This document shows positions 51,233 to 64,000 of a stretch of DNA of 64,000 bases, piece by piece. The translations under genes were made by a program, and so were the position numbers. The stretch is taken from the NCBI RefSeq assembly GCF_026571515.1, contig NW_026860905.1, forward strand, positions 1-64,000, written 5' to 3'. The DNA is from Ruditapes philippinarum. Lineage: Eukaryota. Under the pieces are notes generated by a model, which saw nothing but the letters and a program-made list of their open reading frames with translations, made no database searches and had not been told where the DNA came from. Numbering within the stretch: position 1 is the stretch's first letter; every line of letters begins with the position of its first letter.

Positions 51233-54200
51233 AAACTATCATCTTCCTCTAATCTATCATACCCATTTTCCGCTTCTACAACAGCTGCACTTACCTTTGC
51301 CAATGCACCTCGTTCTGGTTCGAAATTTCTTTCAACATACTCCTTCAGCATATTGGCATGGAAAGTTTTGATCTTATTGTTACCTATGTCTATCCGATAA
51401 TCTAATTTGTTCACGACCTCGGAAACTACAAATGGACCTTTCCATTGTAACAACAACTTATTGCGTTTTGTAGGTATAAGAACCAGTACTTTACTTCCCT
51501 TCTTAAAAGTTCTATCTCTAGCTTTCCTATTGTAATACTTTCTATACATAATACTGCTCTTCTCTAACTCCTGCTGTGCTATCTTACATGTTTTTTCTAG
51601 TCTTTCTTGCAAATCAACTACATACTGATAAGTTGTCTTAACTTCGTCATTCTGTTTTTCCTGACCATAACTCTATCAAAATGGTAATTGGACGTCTTAT
51701 ACTACGTCCATATAACAATTCAAATGGCGAGAATCCTAAACTCTCTTGTGGAACTTCCCGATACGCAAACAACATAGCATTCAAATACTTATCCCAATCT
51801 GTAGGTCTTTCACTACACATCCGTTTCAACATCTGCTTTAAACTACCATTAAATTTCTCCACTAAACCATTACACATCGGATGATACGGTGTAGTTGTTA
51901 ACTGTCTAAGAGACAGCAACCTACTTACCTCATTCATAATCTGTGAAGTAAATTGTGATCCACAATCTGTAAGCATTTCCTCTGGAACACCTAATCTACT
52001 ATACATGTCAACTAATGCTTCGGCTACTCTTTCAGTCTCTATACTAGGCAATGCAATTGCTTCAGGATATCTGGTAGCATAGTCTACCATGGTCAAAATA
52101 TATTTGTTCTTCCTATCAGTCATAGGTTCGATCAGACCAACAATGTCAACGGCAACTCTCTTAAAAGGAGTATCAATCAAAGGCATCTTACCTAAAGTTA
52201 CCTTACTTATTCTACCTTTAGAAATAGTACGTTGGCAAATATCACAAGACTGACAATATCGTCTAACCTCTACAAAAACACATGGCCAATTAAACTCCCC
52301 TAAGACTCTATCACTTGTCTTCCTAATACCAAGATGTCCTGCCAAAAGCGAGTCATGCGCTACTTTTAACACAGTCTCCCTAAGATCCTTAGGAACTACT
52401 AACTGCCTACTTACGTCACCATTTCCTGCCGTAAACTCTCTAAACAACATCTTATTCCTGATCTGAAACTTCACTTGCCCTTTACCTCTACAGTTTCTAA
52501 CAGTACCTTCCTCTGCTTTCTTTCTACATCCATCTAATGTACTATCTGCCTGCTGCTTCTCTACAAACTATACATTAGTGATGTCTAAAATCTGTGAAGG
52601 AACTTTAAGTCTTCTATGAGCTTTAACTTTACTCTGCGATCTTGTTTCTACTGCTGAAGCTAACTTACCGAAATTTGGTTCTACAGCACCCTCTGTGTTA
52701 CCGATAATTACATCATTTGTAGGATTATCTACACATAGTGCTTCTACAGTACCCCTGTAATACGGACAATCAAGATCAATTAACGCCATGTCTAATCTGT
52801 GCTCACTACCATCAATGTACTTACATCGTCTGGACTTCCCTAACAATTGATTTGCATTTACCAAATTCCTTCGTACTATGACACATGTACACCCAGTATC
52901 TCTCATTGCAACTATAGCTTTACCATTACATATACCTCTAGTTGTCGGACATGAATTTATAGTAACTGTACCCAAGTCTTCAAAATCCCCAAGTTCTATC
53001 AAACTACTACCACTATCTGATCTCGGCATCGAAATTTTCGAATCTGCATCTCTATTTCTTCCTCTACCTCTACTCCTACCTCTATAACCTCCTCGCCTTC
53101 TATTACCCTGATAACTATTATCATTCTTACTTGGATTCATTGAGTTCGGTTCTATGTCTTCCGCTGCGTTAGCTTTATTTGTAGCCTTATTTCTACAGAA
53201 AAATGCTGTATGCCCTAAACGACCACAATATGTGCATTTATAACCTTCATACTGCTGAGATGCTCTACCTCTATTTACCAGTCTATCGTTACCTCTTTGC
53301 ATACGATAACTACTACCTTGATTTCTATCTACAGGTCTACTCGGCAGTGCATAAGGCTTAACTCTTTCTTTAATTCCATGATTCAGTACATACTTCGGAC
53401 CTCCTCTAGTCTTGGCAAACAAATCTGCATCTTCCGCTACTTCACGGGCTGAAAAACAACTTCTTACTACTAAGGTTCTGATATAGTTCTCTATTGCAGA
53501 TATCTAAAAATTGATCCCTTACTATGAAGTCTAACAACTTTTCATAAGTCTTCTCCACCTTACTCAATCTTAGCCAACCATCTAAGTATCTAGAAATTCT
53601 AGCTAGGAACATAACAAAAGTCTAATTTTCACGGGGCCTTTCAGTCCTAAACTTCTTCTTATACCCATCATCAGTCAACTCAAACTGCCTTAACAAAGCA
53701 TCTTTTAGCTTATCATAATCCGTCCTATCTTCTAATGGAAGCCTATCAAATACCTCCCTAGCAGTACCTTTTAACAAAAACGGTAAGTTTAGTGACCACA
53801 TTTCATGTTCCCAATTCTGAGCAGACGCAAAAGTTTCATAAACATTCGAATACGCATCCATAGAATCAATATTTTCGTCAAATGGAGTCATCTTAACCTT
53901 AACCTTACCTACACTCTTCTTACCTAACATATCTAACTCTATCTTCATCTTATGTTCTGTATCTAACTTCCTAGTTTCTGCATCCTCCTTCTCTCTTTCT
54001 AACTGACGAGCATAATCTAATTTCTCCTTTGCAACCCTAGCCTCATTACTTAACTTCTCTTTTTCCATTCCTATCTCTATTTCTAACTTCTCTTTTTCCA
54101 TTCCTATCTCTATTTCTAACTTCTCCCTAGAAATCTTAAACTCATAATCTAACTTCTCTTTTGCTAACCTAGCTTCTAATTCTAACCTATCCTTCTCAGC

Positions 54201-54419
54201 TTCTAAACGTTCCTTCTCAGCTTCTAACTTCTCTTTTGCTAACCTAGCTTCTAATTCTAACCTATCCTTCTCAGCTTCTAAGCGTTCCTTCTCAGCTTCT
54301 AACCTACTATGTCTTTCTTCACGCTCCCTGGCTTGCTCCTCTTTAACAAAGTTTCTCAAAGCCTCGTCTGTATACCCTAACTCCTGACCTACCTTCATCA
54401 ACTCATTTACACTAGTCAT
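51233..54419 (-). pseudogene. Gypsy gag-pol: coiled-coil gag, CCHC knuckle, aspartic protease, integrase
   Basis: CTYCGRLGHTAFFC; AMRDTGC; H..H..C..C integrase zinc finger; rve D,D(35)E core (VDIVG, LTDCGSQF, NGLVEKFN); WKGPF. In-frame stops at 53622, 52568 and 51647 and a frameshift near 53470. Confidence 0.9.
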
Positions 54420-55492
54420 CTTGAACTTATTATGTATATTTCCTACACTGTAACACTACTACAACAACTTAGGATACAAGTAAAATCTTACCGTGAGGTA
54501 GAACACTGATATCAAAGTATCATTAAAGGGTAACACTACAACCCTTAAACACAAAACGCTATATTCACTAATCACGGTGCACTATAACACTACACTTCAG
54601 TGTAACACCATATAATTAAACGCATTTATCACTCTAGCGCTATAATCAAAATGTACCTTCACTGTACACAGTACTAAAATAAACAATGTATCATATATTC
54701 TAAACACTATACCTCACCACTACAAACACTAAGTTTCAAACTCATCTAAGTATCTCACTAAGGTTGTATAATAATAATCTTAAGTGTACAGTAGACAGTA
54801 GCCAATAATTAAAACTGTTCAAAATACTTTAAACTTCAAGGTCCAAACTACGACCCAAAACTCAATGTCGCGTAGCACTTTACCCACAGTGCAAAAGTAT
54901 AAAAGGTATATGGCCAGTTTCAATATACTACAGACACAAAGTAAACACAAAGTAAAATTGTAAATGACACAATAAATTAAATGTTCACCTAGATAACAGA
55001 CACAGTTTCTTTATCTAGAAAAAGTACACAAGGCGGGTAGTACCTTAAATTGCAGAGTGTATGTGTGTATACGTGTACTTCCGGTGTTTTACCGAAAGGT
55101 CACTTTCAGATTACAAAACTGGTGGTCTCATCATAAAGTGACACCTAAGAGGAAAATGGAACGAACTCACCCTAAACGTCCAAACGTCCACTGTCGGGTC
55201 TGTGTGGCTGTTATAACCTCTCAGCTGGATAGCTGTCACGCACACAAGTCCGTTTCATTTGTCACGGTATCAATCTGAAAATGTTAAGAAATTATAATCA
55301 CACTAAATATAAAAAAGAAAATAATTAAAATGATACAAAATTAAACTACCTTTAAGTAAACTAAATTTAACTTTTAATTGTAAATAAAACTTTTACTTAA
55401 AAATAAAACCAAAGTTTCTAGTGTTAGCTAACCTAGCTGCAGTAAAATGAGTGTGGTTTGTTTCAAATAACAACTATAGTCAACCGGTATCC

Positions 55493-55511
55493 AATCACGT
55501 CGAGGTCACCA
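55493..55511 (-). other. Primer-binding site complementary to tRNA-Trp
   Basis: + strand AATCACGTCGAGGTCACCA matches the 3' end of metazoan tRNA-Trp (..ATCACGTCGGGGTCACCA) and lies 2 nt from the LTR edge. Confidence 0.8.
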
Positions 55512-56360
55512 AATGTCACAATAGGGACTACGATGGGATACCAGGCCGACCACAATTGCTATCTAAAACAACAAACAACTCAGAACATAAAATATATACA
55601 AATTTATTTACAAGAAATGAATATCTATAAATGAAAAATGATTATATATGAAAAGTCACTGCGTAAACAAACACTATCAACGTATCTCAGTCTATTTCTC
55701 CCGTAAAGTTTCTGTCATGATGTTTCAATAAAGTGGTGGCGTTGTTGAACAAAATTCGTCACAATGGCGGGCGTCTTGTATAAAATCTTATCAAGCGTAA
55801 CTGTACTTCCTACAGTGTTGGCACAGTTGATAGGATCCTGAACAAGGGCATGCGTCACCCTTTAGCCATGGACATATGTGTGGAGGGCCCGTGTCATCTT
55901 CGGGTGTGTCCTCAAATAAGAAGCTACAAAGTATAAAACATGATAAGTTCCATGATAATCAAACATAAGGGTATAATAAAGTCCCTTGGAAAAGACTCGA
56001 CCTTTGTCGGTTTCCAATAAAATAACGTGCTTCTTTGAATAAACAAAATGTCCACTATAGTACACCATACATTCCGTGGAACAAAAATTCAATCACATCC
56101 GCATAATACTGCGTTGCAAATATATTCAAATATACGCCACATAATAACCACCAATAAATAAACGTCTTCCAAAATCATGCCACTGAAGATCCTTCTCTAG
56201 AGATACGTTGTATTTACTTATAACAAAACTGATGATAAATGAAATGAAGTAAGATGATAACGTAAATTAAATTGATTGAAACAAATCATTACGATACTGC
56301 AGCATTTTACATAAAGTTACACAAATACGGTAGAACCATAATAAATTATTTATGAATATA

Positions 56361-56535
56361 NNNNNNNNNNNNNNNNNNNNNNNNNNNNNNNNNNNNNNNN
56401 NNNNNNNNNNNNNNNNNNNNNNNNNNNNNNNNNNNNNNNNNNNNNNNNNNNNNNNNNNNNNNNNNNNNNNNNNNNNNNNNNNNNNNNNNNNNNNNNNNNN
56501 NNNNNNNNNNNNNNNNNNNNNNNNNNNNNNNNNNN
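56361..56535. other. Assembly gap (N run)
   Basis: Run of n characters. Confidence 1.
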
Positions 56536-57294
56536 CTATACAATTACAATATAATTAAAACTTCATTTAACATACATCAATTAACATGTCTCGGTATAAA
56601 TTTGCAATAGCGAAACACTAGAATAAAAAGAGCTTTTAAAATTTAGAAAATTTAGAAAACAATAAATTACTGCCAAATCACTAAACCTGAATCAAATAAA
56701 CTATAATTCTAATAGAAAATAGTATTTTACGAAATAGCAAAAATTTATGAAACAAAATCACTAGAAAATTAAATTTACCTTGTACAAGCTGTAATTTTAT
56801 GACAAATATAATTTGTCTGTCACCGTCATAGTGACCTGTATAACGTCCAGTGCATTGCAATATAACACTTAAAATTTAGTCAATATATAGCAAACTACTG
56901 AGTACTGAGCGGGAAAACGGATCGTGCAAAACATGAAAAATCGATTTGCACGAAATAAAGCTGGGACGGCGGGAAAAATAGTTATGTAAAATAAAGGCCC
57001 GTCCTTCAAATACAGACATAATACATATATCTGGTTCATAAAACAAAAATGTAACTTTCTTATTACTGAAAGGATTTTTGTGAAATAAACGGCGAGATGT
57101 TTAAATTGAGACATGGAAATTTATGCAAACCACAAAAATACTCTAAATAATAATTTCACCCGAAAACTCTAAATTGAACAAAAGATGATGCAATCTCACA
57201 TCAATGAATATAGAGTAAAAATGAGGTTCGGCGTGAAAATATAATGCAAGATTTTACAAACGTACTTTCACTTTGTGACAGTGTAACATTATTA

Positions 57295-57572
57295 GTTATA
57301 AAGATTGTTGACAGGTTATATTACCCTATATAAACGGCTGTTTGTAAATATAACCCGAGCCGCTAGGCGAGGGTTATATTTCAAACAGCCGTTTATATAC
57401 GGCCATATAACCTGTCAACAATCTTTATAACGAATTTATAATACTGCAGACATCATTTTTTAGAGAAAAAAGTAAGATTTTTTCATAATTCGACAACAGC
57501 CGTGTATATAAAACTATATAAACGTCACGATTATCCAATGAAAAGCGACGTTACAAACGTGCAGTATTATAA
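57295..57572. mobile_element. Palindromic non-autonomous element (double hairpin; possibly Crypton-type)
   Basis: 137-bp palindrome GTTATAAAGATTGTTGACAGG...CCTGTCAACAATCTTTATAAC with central CCCGAGCC..GGCGAGGG, followed by TTATAATACTGCA...TGCAGTATTATAA. Confidence 0.55.
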
Positions 57573-59525
57573 AATTACATATAACAGCTGTTTAGAGGCA
57601 AAATTAACGTTTAAACATAAATAACAAATGACTACTTTAAACATTAGGAATAATGGTTCTGTATTAAACTTAATTTGTATAGAGTCAGTATAAACGCTTA
57701 ATATCATAAAAGTTGTCGTGATACCGTAAAATTTAGTTGAAATTTGTCATAGCTGTTTCTCAAATTACAATATATCCGTATTATAAATTAAATAAAAGTT
57801 AATACAAATGACCTTTTCAAGAAAATGTGGGTAATAATCGATAATGTTACATGAGGTTCATATATATGTACAACTTTACACAGACAAAATAAAGGATGAA
57901 AATCTAAGGTATTTACTGATGAAAATCACCGCATACTAGTATATAACATACTACTTCTGATATAATAAGCATTAACAATAAATTTTGCACATTTTCTAGG
58001 GTGAGTTTGAACCAAGAAAACAAGTTTGTCTTTGTTTGATTTGCGTATAAATTCATCACAGTTTAAAATGTTTCCAAATATAACAGATCTTGTGTTACTA
58101 TAAAGAGCACATTCAACAAGAAAGTGAGTCTCGTCTTCAACTAGTCCGCTATTGCACAACTTACACAGTCTTTGTTCAGGGGATTCACCCACATACCGTC
58201 CGGTTTCAACCCTAAGTGGAAGTATTCCGGTTCTGAATTGAGCAAATAAAGCCCGTTCATTTCTTTTTAAGTTCAACTTAACATATTCCTCACAAGTAAA
58301 CTCAGTTTTAAATGTTCTATATGTTCTCAACTTTGATACTCGTTCGTAATCTCTAGACCAAAGGGTTGAATAAAACTGGTTCATGTTTTCTTTGGCTAAG
58401 TCCATTGAGACGGCGAGTTTCCTATTGTAATACTCCGTTAGGTGAAGTCTAGACATAACGGTTTTAATATCACTGCCAATAAACAAATTTCATGGTCAAT
58501 CTATGTGTGAAGCTGTTTGATGTGAAAAACGTCATGTCAACTTGCAATTACTTGTTCATCCATATATAAATAAACCCGTTTCATATTTTGCCGACATATT
58601 ATGACTTCCATAAGGTCAACATTTTTAGCTTCTGAATCTCTATATTTATCATGTTTAAATATTTTACAATCTTTCAGTCGTGCTTTTAGTGACTATATTA
58701 AGATAATTATACGTCCTAAAAATATTAATGTTTGTTTTTACATTATTAAAATCTAGTAGTAGCCTGATTACATAATTATATCTAAATATTCTCGTTATCT
58801 TCTTGTATTTAATCGTCAGACATTTCTATTTAAATACACTTCTAATAAAAAGACTTAATTGATGAAATCAATTAAAATCATCTCGTAAAATCTATAATAG
58901 TTTTACTTATCAAGGTATGTTTTACAGGCTACAACCGTTTGTTACATGTCCAAATACCGACATCGCTTTGTCCTTTGAAGTAGACAATATTCTTGATAAT
59001 TAGATAATTATGTGTAAATACCTTTACTTTTCACACCGATCAAGATAAAAATAATATATATAAAGACGAAATTTTGTCAAGAAACCATAGTTATTCTTTA
59101 ATTATAAAAAATAGACTAAAAATTCATTGCTAGCTTTATTTTGCCAGTGTGAATATTGTGATCGTAAATCGTATTTGAAGGTAAGCTAAACTTATTTTTT
59201 CTCTCTTTAATATGCATTCCGCAAAGAATCTTTCATGTTCGCTTGTTGCGATTTAGTCATAGTATAACTTTTTATCAAACCATTTATAACATACGTTTTG
59301 ATACACTTTCATACCCAAAATGTGAATTTATTAATCGCATTAACAAATGAGTTCTCACGCTTTCAAGATATTATTGTAATCTCGAATGAGGTAGATCTTA
59401 TATGAAATAACTATTACAAATCTTATTGTTCTTGGTATAAAGAATATATATCGGAAGATATATACATGTTATTATACATGTATATTTAAAAGTATAATGT
59501 TTTTTTTTTCAGATTAAAAAAGAAT

Positions 59526-60128
59526 ATGGCGTTTTTATCATTAAGCACGGTTTTAGTTGTCTTAGTTTCCATGGATACAAAATCATTCGCTATGCACATC
59601 GATGTTGAATTTGGTAACTTTGAAGGTAACTTTTTCACCTTATTTAAAGCCACTTATAATTAATTCAAATCTTTACATATTCCTTGACAATCCAATTTTT
59701 AAAGGGAGATAGTATTAAAAGTTTATTAAGATGTTAAAAAATCAAATTTTAAAAATGGAAATACAGTGTAGTATTAAAACTTTAGTCAAAGCTCATAGAA
59801 AACATTCTAAAACAGACAGCGGAAATAAAATAGGGGTAAAAACTTTAATGTTTTTTTTATCACATACCCGTGGCGCTTTTGCGATTCCGTAAAAATGAGA
59901 TTGCACGGGAGGTGTTCGCATAATATAATTTTATTCAAGTCGTTCAATAAATTCAGTATTAAACTATTACTCATTCAATATCCTCTATTTATTTCATTAA
60001 CATATTTTTAAATGCTCATTGGCTAATTTTGATAACATATGAATCTTTATATATATATATTTTCAGCATTGACTTGCTACACTTGCCCAGATAAACACAA
60101 CAACAAACAATGCAACAAGTGGGCTCCT
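59526..60128 (+). pseudogene. Truncated Ly6/LYPD6-like copy B (coding exon 1 and part of exon 2)
   Basis: Exon 59526-59625 matches copy C. Exon 2 from 60067 breaks after WAP (60128) and the sequence restarts at upstream promoter DNA. Confidence 0.75.
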
Positions 60129-61116
60129 TATTTTGTGGGTTTCATATTTTGCCGACATATTATGACTTCCATAAGGTCAACATTTTTAGCTTCTGAATCT
60201 CTATATTTATCATGTTTAAATATTTTACAATCTTTCAGTCGTGCTTTTAGTGACTATATTAAGATAATTATACGTCCTAAAAATATTAATGTTTGTTTTT
60301 ACATTATTAAAATCTAGTAGTAGCCTGATTACATAATTATATCTAAATATTCTCGTTATCTTCTTGTATTTAATCGTCAGACATTTCTATTTAAATACAC
60401 TTCTAATAAAAAGACTTAATTGATGAAATCAATTAAAATCATCTCGTAAAATCTATAATAGTTTTACTTATCAAGGTATGTTTTACAGGCTACAACCGTT
60501 TGTTACATGTCCAAATACCGACATCGCTTTGTCCTTTGAAGTAGACAATATTCTTGATAATTAGATAATTATGTGTAAATAGCTTTACTTTTCACACCGA
60601 TCAAGATAAAAAATAATATATATAAAGACGAAATTTTTGTCAAGAAATCATAGTTATTCTCTTAATTATAGAATATAGACAAAAATTCTTTGATAGCTTT
60701 ATTTTGCCAGTGTGAATATTGTGATAGAATAATTTCAAATCGTATTTGAAGGTAAGCTAAACTTATTTATTCCTCTCTCTTTATTATGCACTCCGCGATG
60801 AATCTTTCATGTTCGCTTGTTGTGATTTAGTTATAGTATAACTTTTTATGAAACCATTCTTGCGAATTTGTATATAACATATATCGTTTTGATACACTTT
60901 CATACCCAAAATGTGAATTAATTAATCGAATTAACAAATGAATTCTCGCGCTCTCAAGATATTTTTGTAATCTCGAATGAGGTAGATCTTATATGAAATA
61001 ACTATTACAAATCTTATTGTTCTTGGTATAAAGAATATATATCGGAAGATATATACATGTTATTATACATGTATATTTAAAAGTATAATGTTTTTTTTTT
61101 CAGATTAAAAAAGAAT

Positions 61117-63174
61117 ATGGCGTTTTTATCATTAAGCACGGTTTTAGTTGTCTTAGTTTCCATGGATACAAAATCATTCGCTATGCACATCGATGTTGAA
61201 TTTGGTAACTTTGAAGGTAACTTTTTCACCTTATTTAAAGCCACTTATAATTAATTCAAATCTTTACATATTCCTTGACAATCCAATTTTTAAAGGGAGA
61301 TAGTATTAAAAGTTTATTAAGATGTTAAAAAATCAAATTTTAAAAATGGAAATACAGTGTAGTATTAAAACTTTAGTCAAAGCTCATAGAAAACATTCTA
61401 AAACAGACAGCGGAAATAAAATAGGGGTAAAAACTTTGAAGTTTTTTTTTAATCACATAACCGTGGCGCTTTTGCGATTCCGTAAAAATGAGATTGCACG
61501 GCAGATGTTCGCATAATATAATTTTATTCAAGTCGTTCAATAAATTTAGTATTAAACTTTTACTCATTCAATACCCTCTATTTATTTCATTAACATATTT
61601 TTAAATGCTTATTGGCTAATTTTGACAACATGAATCTTTATATTTTTTCAGCATTGACTTGCTACACTTGCCCAGATAAACACAACAACAAACAATGCAA
61701 CAAGTGGGCTCCTGATATCCCTTGTCCATTTAGTAAGTGTACATTGTACATGTTTTTGGAAAAAAAATAAACAATAAACCAACATTTGAACGCCAGCATT
61801 GATAATAACCATAGTCACTTGGTTTCGGGATGGAGATCCTTGCTGTCATATTTATCAGAATATAACGATTTTTCAAATGTATTAAAATGCGTTATTTTAA
61901 TACCCGCCGTTTTTCACTGGTATCCAAGAGCATATGATAATAAAAGAGCAAACAGTCTGCTTGTCCTGCCACACAGATTCTGTAGTTTCTCAATTTTAGT
62001 ATCTTGATACTTATTACTATTAGTGAATTGTTTTAAATTCAAGGCGTGGCAAATCTATCACACAAATCAGTCGAGTATTAAGTTTACTTTATTGGAGGAA
62101 CTGGCATTTTTTTCTTCATTCAACTAATTAGCTACTGACTGGTCTAATTAAAGTAAACTATTTCAATAACTTATGTATACACAGTGTAACCTTTACTTTT
62201 TAGGACACACAGTATGCAAGACTGTACATCGTTTCAACAACAGCACAGGACAAAGCTTACACGTGGACAAAATGTGTGCCATGCCAGAACATTGTACCAG
62301 TGATGACGTGGGCTGCAAGGCTACCGACATAGAGGGAGAAATCGTAAGTTTAAAATTCTGAATTCTAAATTTTAAAATTCCAGTTTAATCAAAACCAAAA
62401 CTATAAGGATTGACAAAATTATAGGTAGAACTTAATGTCAGAAATTTTATAAAATCCTAGTAATTATAAGAACACATGGAATTATTGCATTGTATTATAA
62501 ATTGTATGAAAACCTAGTTATTATAAGAACACATGGAATAATTGCATTATATTGTACTATGCTGGTATGTATGGTTGCAAATTTGGGACACCTTTGTGCG
62601 TCGTGATGTCGCTAGCTATAGCACGACAAAGCGTCAAACGGCGCGTTATCACGCTTTCGTCTGGTCGTCATGTCGATAACGAAGCACGCCAATTAAACGG
62701 CCGGTTGTCGTGCGGCGTGTTGTCGCAATGTCACATTGTTGCTCGGCTCAAATCGAAGGATTGGCTATTTGTATTATAGAAGCCAAGCGACAAAGCGACA
62801 TCGCGAAAACTCGCCGCACGACAATGTGCCGTTTGGCGCGTTTCACTAGCGACAAGACGGCAAGACGAAATGAAGTGATACCGGCTTATTTAATGTAAAC
62901 ATGTTTATAATTCTTGTTCCAAAATAAATTTAAAAAAAATATTAATTCATTAAATTAATTGATTAATTATTTAATAATTTATTAAATGTTTTATTTATAG
63001 GAATGTGTTTCCTGCTGTACAGTATCCTATTGTAACGTCGCCGTACCGTATAACGTTACTACGTCACAGACGCTATCCATTTCTCAGACTGGTTCAACAG
63101 GAAGTCACGTGTCGATTATAGACAGGTTAATGCTTGTTGCTACATTTTCGTTGACAGTTTTAGCCAACATCTGA
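61117..63174 (+). CDS. Ly6/uPAR three-finger protein, LYPD6-like (164 aa), copy C
   Basis: Exons 61117-61216, 61652-61732, 62204-62343, 63001-63174. Same exon lengths as copy A with ~9 aa differences. Confidence 0.9.
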
Positions 63175-64000
63175 AATACATTATATGCGTTAAAGTAGAA
63201 GTGCAGCCTTCCAAGTGCTATATATAATATAATTTAATCCGTAAAAATAAAGACAGACAATAAACAAATTTCATGGTCAATCTATGTGTGAAGCTGTTTG
63301 ATGTGAAAAACGTTATGTCAACTTGCAATTACTTGATGAACATGCAAGTGATTTATTCTATGGTATCAGTGAGGAAATATTTCTATTTGTTTATATATTT
63401 ATGTACTTGCATATGAATAATTAAACTGAATAGTTAAAAAAAAGCCTTGTTCTTTTTCTAAATATATGCACATACTTTTGAAAAAAGGAAAGGAAACGAA
63501 AGACTCCCATATTACAACTAAAACAGCAACAGAAAAAAAATCACCAAGGGAATGGTCTTTCTTTATACATTTTAAGAACGGATATGCGTTCGCACGTGCG
63601 CGCATGTGTACTGGCAGACTTACATAAGCTTCGTTACCTCATACGTATCCTCTGCTCAGAAACGTATTATGTAATGCTTAAATTATTTCTCACGAAAACA
63701 TGCACGTTCAATATGAAAATTAAACCTTCTGATTCTGATTATAAATAACCTGTCAGCATTTGTAGTAATCTCACGCTGCAAGATAGGAGTGTTACTTTGG
63801 CTTACGCCCGTTTTCCGTCCTCTTCTGAGTTAAATGCCGAGATGACTGAGATATTTTTTAATAAAACTTCATGTTGGTCCAGCAATTTTGAAAGTACGAC
63901 TCGTACATAATATGTTAACTCCGTCTCCTGTCCTGCCCGTCAAAATCTCTAGGAAATCGGTCAACACTTAATTAACTGTTAACCAATATTGATAGTTATG

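Larger units (their letters stand above)
51033..57280 (-). mobile_element. Gypsy LTR retrotransposon, Gmr1-like order (gag-PR-INT), RT/RNase H deleted
   Basis: 5-bp TSD GTGTA (51028-51032, 57281-57285); termini TGTCACAA..TTGTGACA. 5' LTR 55514-57280 (spans N gap); 3' LTR remnant 51033-51232 nearly identical to 55514-55713. Confidence 0.9.
50847..58480 (-). mobile_element. 5'-truncated non-LTR retrotransposon (LINE; RTE-X/CR1-group-like C-terminus), split by the Gypsy insertion
   Basis: ORF2 C-terminal fragment 57926-58486 (KLRTYRTFK, LRVETGRY, CKLC..VEDETHFLVEC). 3'UTR continues across the Gypsy to AATAAA plus (TTA)n tail at 50847-50880. Confidence 0.75.

Noticed and set aside
51647-53624. 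Programmed stop-codon readthrough in the Gypsy ORF
   Set aside because: Three scattered stops plus a frameshift, not located at a gag-pol boundary, are better explained by decay.
55493-55511. tRNA gene
   Set aside because: Only 19 nt matching a tRNA 3' end, including CCA. This is the retrotransposon PBS.
56346-56558. Poly-X ORFs
   Set aside because: Artefacts of the N gap.
62560-62898. GC-rich ORFs in Ly6 copy C intron 3
   Set aside because: The segment is absent from copy A and is rich in CGACA/TGTCG motifs, so it is likely a repeat fragment rather than coding. A similar fragment lies at ~35000-35145.

Overview
AT-rich eukaryotic DNA with GT-AG spliceosomal introns. The gene and repeat content suggests a lophotrochozoan, probably a bivalve mollusc (inference). 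Most ORFs in the supplied track are spurious or single exons. Genes reconstructed by hand: (1) the last coding segment of a membrane protein at 1-198; (2) a 10-coding-exon, ~1001-aa kyphoscoliosis-peptidase/hillarin-like transglutaminase-fold gene (+, 11191-24188) that appears catalytically dead; (3) an intact 8-exon CYP2-clan P450 (-, 24338-29937) converging on it with only ~150 bp between stop codons; (4) a divergently transcribed second CYP2-clan P450 (+, ~32100-37874), probably inactivated by a tandem-repeat element inside exon 2; (5) a small Pro-rich exon/ORF (42085-42285); (6) a tandemly duplicated 12-Cys LYPD6-like three-finger gene (complete copies 45042-47172 and 61117-63174, truncated copy 59526-60128). 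Mobile DNA is abundant: a Sola1-type transposon, Sola-type, Kolobok-type and Transib-type MITEs, a mariner nested in a MITE, Helentron-associated repeat elements, a SINE, and a Gmr1-type Gypsy (RT/RNase H deleted, tRNA-Trp PBS) nested in a LINE 3' end. The most unusual signal is three 31-35 bp perfect palindromes (CACGGATTTATATTAC..GTAATATAAATCCGTG), each flanked by its own 7-bp target-site duplication, with an empty paralogous site inside the window. They match the geometry of P-element excision footprints (17-nt staggered cuts).
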